Positions 54,733 to 62,870 of a stretch of DNA of 64,000 nucleotides are shown piece by piece. The notes below the pieces were generated by a model. It saw only the letters and a program-made list of their open reading frames with translations. It was not told where the DNA came from and did no database searches. The first letter of the stretch is position 1. Every line of letters begins with the position of its first letter. The translations under genes were made by a program, and so were the position numbers. This DNA is from Candidatus Omnitrophota bacterium (GTDB lineage: Bacteria > Omnitrophota > Gorgyraeia > 1-14-0-20-64-10): the NCBI GenBank assembly GCA_016201735.1, contig JACQCH010000017.1, forward strand, positions 7,910 through 71,909, given 5' to 3'.

Positions 54733-55686
54733 CTATTCACCCAGGTCCAACAACATGCACTTGACCGCCCCGCCTCCCTTTTCCAGAAACTCCGACACAT
54801 CGACCGGACACGGGACGACGCCCAAGGAACGGACCTTCTCGTACAGCGCCTCGGTGAGGCCGTCGGGCATCAGAAGGAGACGGGTTGTCTCGCCGTGATA
54901 CCGGGTCGAGATCTGGAAACTGTTGGCGGCAAAGTTCCGGCCGTCCGGATCGCTTAAAGGGACCAGGCGGCTGCCGAAGCGGCGGCGCAGGACGGCCTGG
55001 GAATCTTTAGACAGGGCGTTTAAGTAAACCAGAAGATGCTCCCGGTGAGGGCCGAAGGAATACAAGACGGTGTCCCCGTGGTAATGGGCCTCGTTGACCA
55101 GATCCAGCGGCAGGACCTCTCGCGGCTGGACGATCGATTCCAGGAGCGGCAAGGTCCGCCGATCCGACCGGAATCCGTAGACCCGCCGGTACGGGGGAAT
55201 CCCGAACCGGAAGGCCCATTTCTGCCGCTCGACCGGCCCGCAGGTAAACAGATAAACCGTCTTGGCCGGGTCGCCGGAAGGATCTCCCACTGGAATGAAA
55301 TCGGCCTCCCCCTCGAAGGGCAGCGGCCTCTCGAAGGGATCCGGCGAGGGAATGTCCCGAATCGAAAATCCCAATGAATCTAAAATTTCACGGTAATATT
55401 CCCGTTCCCCGGCCCGGCCGGGATTCAGGTTGCTTAGATAGAAGGCGTCCCCATGTCGGAAACCGGCGTTGGCCGGGAAAACAAGCCCTGGCAGTCCTGG
55501 ATCCGGAGGGACAACATGAATCCGGACCCCATGACTTTCCAGCACCGATTTTAACTGGAGCCATTGGGCGACCGCCTTTGGAAGATCCACCTTCTTGCGG
55601 CGGCCCCAGGAATCCCGGGTGTGGGGGTTGGCGCCGGAGCGGATCCGGAAATGAGTCGGGTCTCCGAGAAGAACCTGCTGCGCCAT
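54733..55686 (-). CDS. amidinotransferase-superfamily hydrolase (DDAH/CtlX-like, C-terminal catalytic Cys)
   Basis: 317 aa; C-terminal EKGGGAVKCMLLDLG resembles DDAH/arginine deiminase superfamily catalytic Cys loop. Confidence 0.5.
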   Translation of the reverse strand: MAQQVLLGDPTHFRIRSGANPHTRDSWGRRKKVDLPKAVAQWLQLKSVLESHGVRIHVVPPDPGLPGLVFPANAGFRHGDAFYLSNLNPGRAGEREYYREILDSLGFSIRDIPSPDPFERPLPFEGEADFIPVGDPSGDPAKTVYLFTCGPVERQKWAFRFGIPPYRRVYGFRSDRRTLPLLESIVQPREVLPLDLVNEAHYHGDTVLYSFGPHREHLLVYLNALSKDSQAVLRRRFGSRLVPLSDPDGRNFAANSFQISTRYHGETTRLLLMPDGLTEALYEKVRSLGVVPCPVDVSEFLEKGGGAVKCMLLDLGE

Positions 55687-55702
55687 CAGAACCGGCAGGC
55701 CA

Positions 55703-57193
55703 CTAAAAGGGAAGCGCCCGTTTGTTGAGTGGCCGGGTATCCTTCAAGACCGCCACCGGAACCGTGCAGTAGTAAGGGGAGAAGAGCCCAGCCGGTTTGA
55801 AGGAGCCGCTGGCCTTGGTGCCGCCGAAGGGAAGTTTTCCCGACGAGAAGATCGTTCCCCGGTTCCAGTTCACCATCCCGGTATCAATTCCCGGCAGGAG
55901 GCGTTCAAAAGTTTTTCGGTTCCGGGTGAAGACGGCGGTGATCAGCCCGTAGGGAACCTCGTTGTTGATCGACACGGCTTCATCGTTTCCTTTCGCCAGA
56001 TAGACGGCCGCGTCCGGCCCGAAGATCTCCTCCCGACGGTAATGGACGGACCGGTTCTTCGCCGGCCGCTCGCACAAATGGACGCTGGGGCTCACATAAT
56101 AGCCGCGCCGCTTGCCCCAACTGCCCAGCGCTTTCCCGACCCGGAGGGTCTCGTATCCTTCTTCCTCAGCCAGCTTCATGTACTTCTGGAACTTGGCCAC
56201 CGCGTCATGACTGACCAGCGGGCCCATCAAGACCCCTTCCTCCAATGGATAGCCCACCTTGACCTGGTTCGCCACCTTAAGGAAAATCTCCAGGAACCTC
56301 TTGGCGACCCGCCGGTCGACGACGACGCGGCTGGTCGCGTTGCACCGCTGTCCCGCCATGGAGAACGCGGCGACCGCGATTTCCCGGGCGGCCAGTTCCA
56401 GATCGGCGTCCGCTAAAACGAGGGCGGCGTTCTTCCCTCCCATCTCGAGGGCAAGGCATTTCTGCGGCTCCTTCAACGTCACCGCCTTGATCGCCTGCCC
56501 CGTTGCGGTGGAACCGGTAAAGAGGACCCCGGCCACCTTCGGATGGCCGACCAACCGGGTTCCCACTCCGCCGTCCCCCTGAACCAGATTGAAGACGCCC
56601 GGCGGGAAACCGGCCTCATCCAGAATCTCGGCAATCCGCTGGCCGACGAACGGGGTGTGCTCGGAGGGTTTGAAGACGATCGTGTTGCCGGTCAACAGCC
56701 CCGGGATGATGTGGCTGCCCGGCGTGTGGGCCGGAAAATTGAACGGCCCGATCACCGCCAAAACTCCCAGGGGCCGGTACCGGCACTCTCCCTTCACTCC
56801 GGGCGCCGTTTCGATGGAAAAGGGGCGGATGAGCTTTAGCCCCAAGTTCACCATCTCATCCACTTTGCCGATCAGCCGTTCCACTTCCCGGCGGGATTCC
56901 GTCAGCGGCTTGCCCGCTTCTTTGGCAATCAGACGGGTGAATTCCTCCTGACGCCCGGCTAGGATCCGCTGAAAAGATCGGAGCAGGCCGATCCGCTTAG
57001 AAAGGGACTGGCCCATCCATTTCGGAAACGCTTGTCCCGCCGCCGCCACCGCTTGATCGACCGGATCCGTTGAGAAAACAAGAGAACCGACCGGATCCAG
57101 AAGATCCCCGGGGTCCTCGCTGATCAGATCGGCCCCCTTCGAGGTCCGGACGAACCGCCCGGCGATGTAGTTACCTCGATAAAGGACAGACAT
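55703..57193 (-). CDS. NAD-dependent aldehyde dehydrogenase (succinylglutamate-semialdehyde / P5C dehydrogenase-like)
   Basis: Start MSVLYRGNYIAGRFV at 57193 with GGAGAAGG SD; ALDH motifs FTGSTATG, catalytic LEMGGKN / Cys region AGQRCNA. Confidence 0.8.
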   Translation of the reverse strand: MSVLYRGNYIAGRFVRTSKGADLISEDPGDLLDPVGSLVFSTDPVDQAVAAAGQAFPKWMGQSLSKRIGLLRSFQRILAGRQEEFTRLIAKEAGKPLTESRREVERLIGKVDEMVNLGLKLIRPFSIETAPGVKGECRYRPLGVLAVIGPFNFPAHTPGSHIIPGLLTGNTIVFKPSEHTPFVGQRIAEILDEAGFPPGVFNLVQGDGGVGTRLVGHPKVAGVLFTGSTATGQAIKAVTLKEPQKCLALEMGGKNAALVLADADLELAAREIAVAAFSMAGQRCNATSRVVVDRRVAKRFLEIFLKVANQVKVGYPLEEGVLMGPLVSHDAVAKFQKYMKLAEEEGYETLRVGKALGSWGKRRGYYVSPSVHLCERPAKNRSVHYRREEIFGPDAAVYLAKGNDEAVSINNEVPYGLITAVFTRNRKTFERLLPGIDTGMVNWNRGTIFSSGKLPFGGTKASGSFKPAGLFSPYYCTVPVAVLKDTRPLNKRALPF

Positions 57194-58199
57194 AGACCTT
57201 CTCCCCCACTTTAAGTTTGAGAAGCCGCAACGCCTCTCTGCTGACGAAACAGCGGCCCCGATCCACCTGGGCCCGAATCCGGACCGCTCGGAAGAAACCG
57301 CCCGCATCGGTCCCAACCAGAAAAGCAGGAGATTGCTTCGCCCTTCCAGGGCTCGCAATGACGGCGGCCTTCAGCCGGCGCATCTGGCGGATGAGCCGCA
57401 CCCGCCGGCGATCAGCACTGTAATAAGGCCCCCCGTCGAACGGCTCGATCTGCGCAAGCGCACGAAACCCAATTCCCCTTAAAAGTCCCGCGGCCCGCCG
57501 GGCGGCCGGATGAATGGCCCCGATCGCTTCCTGGACCGATTCCGGCAGGAGGGCGCAGTAGATCGGCTCCCGGGGAAAAAGATTCAGGATGAACTCCTTG
57601 TTCGTGACCGAGAGCCGGTCCGCCTTCTGATAAGGGAGCCCGGTGAAAACCCGGCCGACCGCCTCCCAGAAGGGACTCTTGTTCCCGGCTCCCATCGCCC
57701 CCCGGTATTCCACCAGGATTTTCCTCTCAAAGCGGTCTGGGTGGATTCCCATATAGAGGAAGCGGACATAAGAGATCTGGAGGCCGCAGACCTCCGGATG
57801 CTTCCGGTAGCCGGGGAGGACCACCAGCCCCCCCACCTCGGTCGGCCCATTGACCGTGTATCCCAACCGGAGGACCTGATGCGACCGTCGAATGCCCAAG
57901 GTGCGGCTCTGCTTCCTTATCTTTTCCAGCCCCAGCCAAAGATGCGGGCGCCCCGGTGTGCCATGTTTTCCGATGATCAGGGAACAGCCGACTAAGGTAC
58001 CGGGTACCGTTTTCCCCTCCAGAACGAAAAGATACTTCGCCTTCGCCTTGGGCAGCTTTCCGGCAAACGAGGCCTCGGAATCCCGGAGGAGCTGCCGGAT
58101 GTATCCCCGATCCGCCGGCAGATTGTAGGAATCCAGCAGTCTGGCCAGCTGGAAGAGGCCGGAGAAATCGGATGGACCCGCCTGCCGGATCAGGAACAT
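57171..58199 (-). CDS. astA: arginine/ornithine N-succinyltransferase (AstA/AruF family)
   Basis: 342 aa; family-level similarity (LFVLEGKT...GCSLIIGKHG, GNKSPFWEAVGRVF). Confidence 0.6.
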   Translation of the reverse strand: MFLIRQAGPSDFSGLFQLARLLDSYNLPADRGYIRQLLRDSEASFAGKLPKAKAKYLFVLEGKTVPGTLVGCSLIIGKHGTPGRPHLWLGLEKIRKQSRTLGIRRSHQVLRLGYTVNGPTEVGGLVVLPGYRKHPEVCGLQISYVRFLYMGIHPDRFERKILVEYRGAMGAGNKSPFWEAVGRVFTGLPYQKADRLSVTNKEFILNLFPREPIYCALLPESVQEAIGAIHPAARRAAGLLRGIGFRALAQIEPFDGGPYYSADRRRVRLIRQMRRLKAAVIASPGRAKQSPAFLVGTDAGGFFRAVRIRAQVDRGRCFVSREALRLLKLKVGEKVYVCPLSR

Positions 58200-59608
58200 A
58201 TTTTCTTTAAGAACGCCTCGTAGAACCGGACGGCCGCCCTCAGTTGGCGGAGCGAAACCGATTCATTGGGTTGATGGATGTTTCCCTTGGAGCGGCCCGG
58301 GCCGATCACGACAGAGGGAATCCCCACCTTGGCGTACAGCCCGGCCTCGGAACAGCCGGACTTGGCGGTGATTTTCACCGGCAGCCGGGCCGCCCGCAGC
58401 GCGGAAACCGCCTGCCGGACGACCGGCGCATCCCGCTTCACCTCCAAAGCCGGATTTTCCCTCTCCAGATGGAACTGCCAGTCGGAACCCGGATGCCCGA
58501 ACCGTTTCCACAGTTTCCCTTCAAAGGCCTTGATCGTCCGCTCCACTCTCTGCCCGGGGAGCGAACGGATGTCCATCGCCATGCTCCATCCCTCCTTGGT
58601 TTCCCGGAGAAGGGTCGCGTTCCAGGTGAGATGGGGCGGCTGGAAATCCCGGTCCCGCGGTTTCTCCAGCGGTTCTAAGAGGGTCCCCAGGGTATCGAGG
58701 GACCAGACGGCGTCCGCCCAGGGCAGCGTCGGGTACCAGCCCGGTTCAAGCCGCTTGGACCGCACCTGACAATCCCGCGTGGACCGGAAATTCATCTTCG
58801 GGGAATCTCCCAATGAGAAGCGGACCACCGCTTGAGCCGGGATGATGTTATGGCCCGTCCCGCCGGTCCAAGAGAGGACCTGACACTTTTTCACCTTCGG
58901 CTGGAGTTTCCGCAAGAATTCGATTGAGGTACCGATGGCATTGACTCCCAGATCCGGCGTGCTGGAATGGGCCGGGCGCCCCGTGCAGGTCAACTCGTAG
59001 ACCCACTCGGCGGCCGACGGGCGATGAAGGCCCCGCGATTTAAAGAGAAGTTCAACCACCGCGAACCCTTTGTGGCGCGTGACCAGGGAAAGTTCCGACG
59101 GTTCCCCCACCAGAGCCATCTCCGGTCTGGGGAATTCCCCCTGACAAAACCGGGCGGCCCCCCGCAGCCCGGATTCCTCCCCGAAGGTTCCCAGCAGAAT
59201 CACCGGCCGCTTCAAGGAGTCGGGTTTAAACTGACCGACGGCGAGCAGTTTGCATAAGAAATCCAGTTTTGTGTCGGCCGCCCCCAGACCGTACAGGGTG
59301 TCTCCCCGAACCGTCAGTTTCCACGGATCTGCGCCGGTCTTCGTCCAGAACCGGGGATTGCCGGAATCCACCGTGTCCAGGTGAGTGGTGAGAAGAAGGG
59401 GCGCCCCTTTGCCTTTTCCGACGAGGCCGGCCACATTCATGAACAGGACTCCATCCTCCGAGCGGCTGTCTTGATAGGAAATTTGGGCGCCAAGTTTACG
59501 CAGGAGGGAACCGACGTAGACGGCGCAGTCGGCGTTGCTGTTCCAGGTGACGGTATTAAACCGGATGAGGCGCTTGGCCTCGTCGATCAGATGGAAGGGG
59601 GCGGCCAT
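58190..59608 (-). CDS. M20-family metallopeptidase / deacylase (ArgE-DapE-like)
   Basis: Start MAAPFHLIDEAKRLIRFNTV at 59608; HLDTVD, GAADTK, GEESG-like (GTFGEESG) metal-binding motifs. Confidence 0.7.
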   Translation of the reverse strand: MAAPFHLIDEAKRLIRFNTVTWNSNADCAVYVGSLLRKLGAQISYQDSRSEDGVLFMNVAGLVGKGKGAPLLLTTHLDTVDSGNPRFWTKTGADPWKLTVRGDTLYGLGAADTKLDFLCKLLAVGQFKPDSLKRPVILLGTFGEESGLRGAARFCQGEFPRPEMALVGEPSELSLVTRHKGFAVVELLFKSRGLHRPSAAEWVYELTCTGRPAHSSTPDLGVNAIGTSIEFLRKLQPKVKKCQVLSWTGGTGHNIIPAQAVVRFSLGDSPKMNFRSTRDCQVRSKRLEPGWYPTLPWADAVWSLDTLGTLLEPLEKPRDRDFQPPHLTWNATLLRETKEGWSMAMDIRSLPGQRVERTIKAFEGKLWKRFGHPGSDWQFHLERENPALEVKRDAPVVRQAVSALRAARLPVKITAKSGCSEAGLYAKVGIPSVVIGPGRSKGNIHQPNESVSLRQLRAAVRFYEAFLKKICS

Positions 59609-60255
59609 AGCTCGCACATCACTCCATCCACTCCCAGCGCGGAAAACCGCTTTAACTGCGTGGGGGTTCGGACGGTCCAGACATAACATCTTAAGCCGGC
59701 TTCGTGGACCCGACGCAGAGATCCCTTCGTGATCCAGCCCCGGTAAACGAGCAGGCCCGTCAGTTTCAACCGCCGGGCTTGACCGACTCGGCTTCGAGTC
59801 ACACGGGCTCGGAAACCGGTCACCCAGAAAAGCGGCCTCTTCCCGAGCAGCCGCCGCCATCGCTTGAGACTGGCCTTCGTTCCTGCTCCCACCACCGTCT
59901 GATGGAGCCAACCGGACTGCTTCAAGACCTTAAAAAGTTCCCCTTCTCCTTGGGTGACCTTCACATCCAGGACCACCCGCACATGACGGCGGCGGCACAG
60001 ATCCAGAACCTGAGTGATCCGGGGAATTCCCAGCGGACGCAGCGCCGTCCAGGGAGTGCGGGCGAGAATCCCCCTGCGGCCGGTGGTCCGCCGAAGGGTC
60101 AGATCATGGAAAGCAACCCACACCCCGTCGGAGGATCGGCGGACATCCGTCTCCACTGCCTTGGCCCCCTTGGCGATAGCGGACCGGAACGAAGCCAGGG
60201 TATTCTCCGGGGCGTGGACCGGATCCCCCCGATGCGCGATCAGCAAAGGGTGCAT
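59587..60255 (-). CDS. glycerophosphodiester phosphodiesterase family protein
   Basis: Start MHPLLIAHRGD at ATG 60255 (AGGA SD); GDPD motifs HRGD...ENTL, ETDV. Confidence 0.7.
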   Translation of the reverse strand: MHPLLIAHRGDPVHAPENTLASFRSAIAKGAKAVETDVRRSSDGVWVAFHDLTLRRTTGRRGILARTPWTALRPLGIPRITQVLDLCRRRHVRVVLDVKVTQGEGELFKVLKQSGWLHQTVVGAGTKASLKRWRRLLGKRPLFWVTGFRARVTRSRVGQARRLKLTGLLVYRGWITKGSLRRVHEAGLRCYVWTVRTPTQLKRFSALGVDGVMCELWPPPSI

Positions 60256-60380
60256 GAATCCTATGATATCATAACCGCCATGCACGTCGTCTCGGTTGGA
60301 CAACTGTTTGTATGTTCAACATTTTTCTTGAGCCTTTCGGCGTTGGAGAAGTGGTCAACAGCATGAGTTGTCCAACCGAT

Positions 60381-60650
60381 TCTGAGGGGAAAACCATTGC
60401 GTGGTTTTCCCCTCAGGACTCCCCAATCCAGCAAAAGCAATCGGTCTCGTTGGGGGAGATCTCCCATCTCCCCCAACATCCCCCTCTTCCAGAGGAAGGC
60501 CCCGGCTCGGTGGATGAGTTCGAAGACCCTCGGAGGCCCGAGCGGGCATGGTTCTCCGCCTGTGAGCTTAATTATGGCGGAGAGAGCGAGGGCCGGAGTA
60601 GGAGCGAGGCGGACACGCTGGGTCCGCCGAGCGTGTCTGAGAACTCGCCA
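60381..60650. mobile_element. two strong hairpins (60381..60416, 60450..60476) plus inverted partial MITE-like copy E (60478..60650) in divergent GDPD/hydrolase intergenic region
   Basis: 60478..60650 is reverse complement of the left half of copy B (e.g. GGAGGCCCGAGCGGGCATGGTTCTCCGCC); hairpins CTGAGGGGAAAACCA/TGGTTTTCCCCTCAG and TTGGGGGAGAT/ATCTCCCCCAA. Confidence 0.5.
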
Positions 60651-60665
60651 CCGAGCCGGGGCCGG

Positions 60666-61655
60666 ATGGCCATGGCTGGGTTGCTGATCGTAACGCTGAG
60701 TGGATGTGCGTCGGTTCCGATGACGGGTCAAAGTACTGATCATCCTCCTCTGTCCGAAAAATTAATTTCTTATTATGCATATCCGCGGCAATCCTTAGAA
60801 GCGACCGTGGAATCGATTCAGGAGAAGTCCGGGTATCGGATCCGGCACCTGCATCTGGCCGCACCGAACGATTCCGCCTTCCGCCCGATCCGGATTGATT
60901 TCTACCAATCCAATCGGCCGGGGCGGCTGCGGCTAGAGGGAGCCGCACCACTTGTAAGCTCTGAGTCGCGCCTGCCGGTGGTTCTGATGTCCCCGATCCT
61001 GGCGGGGAATGATCTGTACATCCGGGAGTTCGCTCAGTATTACGCGGCGCGGGGCCTGCATTCCGTAATCGTCTACCGGCCGAAGGAGGTTTTCTCCGCG
61101 GACCGGGACTTGAAAGACATTGAAACCCATTTCCAGGAATCGATCATCCAGCTGCGGCGGACGATCGATTGGCTGGAGACACTGGACTCGGTCGACCCCC
61201 GGCGGATCGGATCCTTCGCCATCAGTCTCGGAGCCATCCTCACCATTCCCCTGGCGGCGGTGGAACCCCGAGTGAAAGCTCATGTTTTTGGAATGCCCGC
61301 GGGACACCTCGCCCAGGTGATCATGACCTCCAAGGACAGAACGATCCGAAAACGACGCAGGGCCTATCTGGAAAAGCACGGGTGGAGTCAGGAAGAGGGA
61401 CTGCGCCAGCTAAAAGCGGTGATCGTTTCGGAGCCGATGGAATTCGCCTCAGGGATCGATCCTGAAAGAGTCCTGGTGATCGCGGGACTTTTTGATCGGG
61501 TCCTGGGAGTCCGGCGGTCGCTTGATCTCTGGCAGGCGATGGGCCGGCCGAAACTGATCGTGCTTCCGACCGGGCATTACTCGGCTTACCTGGCCACCCC
61601 GTACCTGAAGATCGTCACCTACTCGTTCTTCCGCCGCCAACTAAAGCTTAAATAG
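60666..61655 (+). CDS. lipoprotein alpha/beta hydrolase (dienelactone-hydrolase-like) with ~40-bp in-frame repeat insertion
   Basis: Start MAMAGLLIVTLSGCAS (lipobox LSGC); AISLG nucleophile-elbow variant; segment LRLEGAAPLVSSESR encoded by repeat at 60935..60975; upstream 118 codons of ORF 60312..61655 are repeat-derived. Confidence 0.55.
   Translation: MAMAGLLIVTLSGCASVPMTGQSTDHPPLSEKLISYYAYPRQSLEATVESIQEKSGYRIRHLHLAAPNDSAFRPIRIDFYQSNRPGRLRLEGAAPLVSSESRLPVVLMSPILAGNDLYIREFAQYYAARGLHSVIVYRPKEVFSADRDLKDIETHFQESIIQLRRTIDWLETLDSVDPRRIGSFAISLGAILTIPLAAVEPRVKAHVFGMPAGHLAQVIMTSKDRTIRKRRRAYLEKHGWSQEEGLRQLKAVIVSEPMEFASGIDPERVLVIAGLFDRVLGVRRSLDLWQAMGRPKLIVLPTGHYSAYLATPYLKIVTYSFFRRQLKLK
60935..60975. 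repeat. sub-repeat module (GAGCCGCACCACTTGTAAGCTCTGAGTCGCG) inserted in frame in hydrolase gene
   Basis: Reverse complement matches 26080..26110 in MITE copy C and 32165..32215 in aroA. Confidence 0.5.
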
Positions 61656-62870
61656 ATCCTCCATGTCCACCCGGTGGTACGTTCCCATCGCGGCCGGCTG
61701 CCGATCCTTCGGGTTGGCAATCCAGAGTTCCGGAGCGGCATAGATAATGCTCTGAATGTTGCTCGAAGGAGCCACCGCCCGGGCGATCGCCATGGCAACC
61801 TCCGGATCGATCTTTCCATGGAAGGTTTGAAGCAGAGTTCCCATCCCGCAGTAGCGGACATCGTACGCGGTCGAACCGACCGGGGATTCCAGCCCGGCTT
61901 GAGAAGGATTCCCTCGGGAAGCGGTCTGCAGATCCCGGACCGCCGGGTCAAGCGCCCAATCGGAACGGAAGATCGCATTGGGGACGTATAGGGCGAAAGG
62001 AACCTTCGGTTCCTGGTCCGCCCAGAAGACCGCCGCCTGGCTTCGGGTCGTCTCCAACGCAACGGCCCGCCGCCCGGTTGAGTTGGCGAACAGGTAATTG
62101 TAGCCGCCGGTCCTGGGAGAGGTTCTTATGATCGAGACCGCCTCCTCCAGATCAAGCGCCTGCTCCAGAACCCGCCGGAGCAGAAACGGCATCGGGGTCC
62201 CTTTCAAGCGGGCGTCCTTCGTCTTGGCCCCGATCTCCGCCACGGAGATTCCCCGCTGGTTGATCCCGGAAATGACCCCGATGAATCCGAGCCACCCGAT
62301 GCTGATAAACGGCTCCCTCCCTGCCGGGTGGTAAACGAACAGGGCCGAATACCGCTGCACGTTCGACTGGATCGCCCAGTCCAGATTCCGGGCCTGGATC
62401 ATCCGTCCTTCCCTTGTCGCCTGGCCGAACGCGGCGAAACTGGAGCAGCTGGACGACATCAATTCCGGCAGGGCGTGAACCCTCTGCAGATCCCGCAGGG
62501 AAACCCCGGCCCCGTCGGCAAGCCCCTGGAGTTCCTGCTGGATCTCGAGCGGCACGAATGGAGCCATCTGGTTCCAGGCCCGGTCCAGGGCCCGTCGGGC
62601 GAACCACCGGCCCGCCAGAGGAACCTTGATTTGGCCGTCCACAAAGGCCATCGCGTTGTCCACCGAGGCGTGGACTTCCTCCTGCAGGAGAGCCCCGTGC
62701 TGATATCCCATCTCGTACGGGGAGCCGTGGAGAATCAGGACCGGAATCCCCGCCACCCACGCGAGCCGGCCCGAGGGAACCGTGTAGATCGGCCCCAGCC
62801 GCTGCGCGGGGGCGCAACCGGCTAGCAAAGTTGAGAGCCCGATTGTCATTGCGAGAAGCACAGCGCCCAT
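61641..62870 (-). CDS. predicted lipoprotein, possible Ntn-hydrolase (peptidase C45/acyltransferase-like)
   Basis: 409 aa; lipobox LLAGCA; internal SSSCSSFAAFG candidate autoproteolytic Gly/Ser-Cys site; functional call tentative. Confidence 0.45.
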   Translation of the reverse strand: MGAVLLAMTIGLSTLLAGCAPAQRLGPIYTVPSGRLAWVAGIPVLILHGSPYEMGYQHGALLQEEVHASVDNAMAFVDGQIKVPLAGRWFARRALDRAWNQMAPFVPLEIQQELQGLADGAGVSLRDLQRVHALPELMSSSCSSFAAFGQATREGRMIQARNLDWAIQSNVQRYSALFVYHPAGREPFISIGWLGFIGVISGINQRGISVAEIGAKTKDARLKGTPMPFLLRRVLEQALDLEEAVSIIRTSPRTGGYNYLFANSTGRRAVALETTRSQAAVFWADQEPKVPFALYVPNAIFRSDWALDPAVRDLQTASRGNPSQAGLESPVGSTAYDVRYCGMGTLLQTFHGKIDPEVAMAIARAVAPSSNIQSIIYAAPELWIANPKDRQPAAMGTYHRVDMEDLFKL

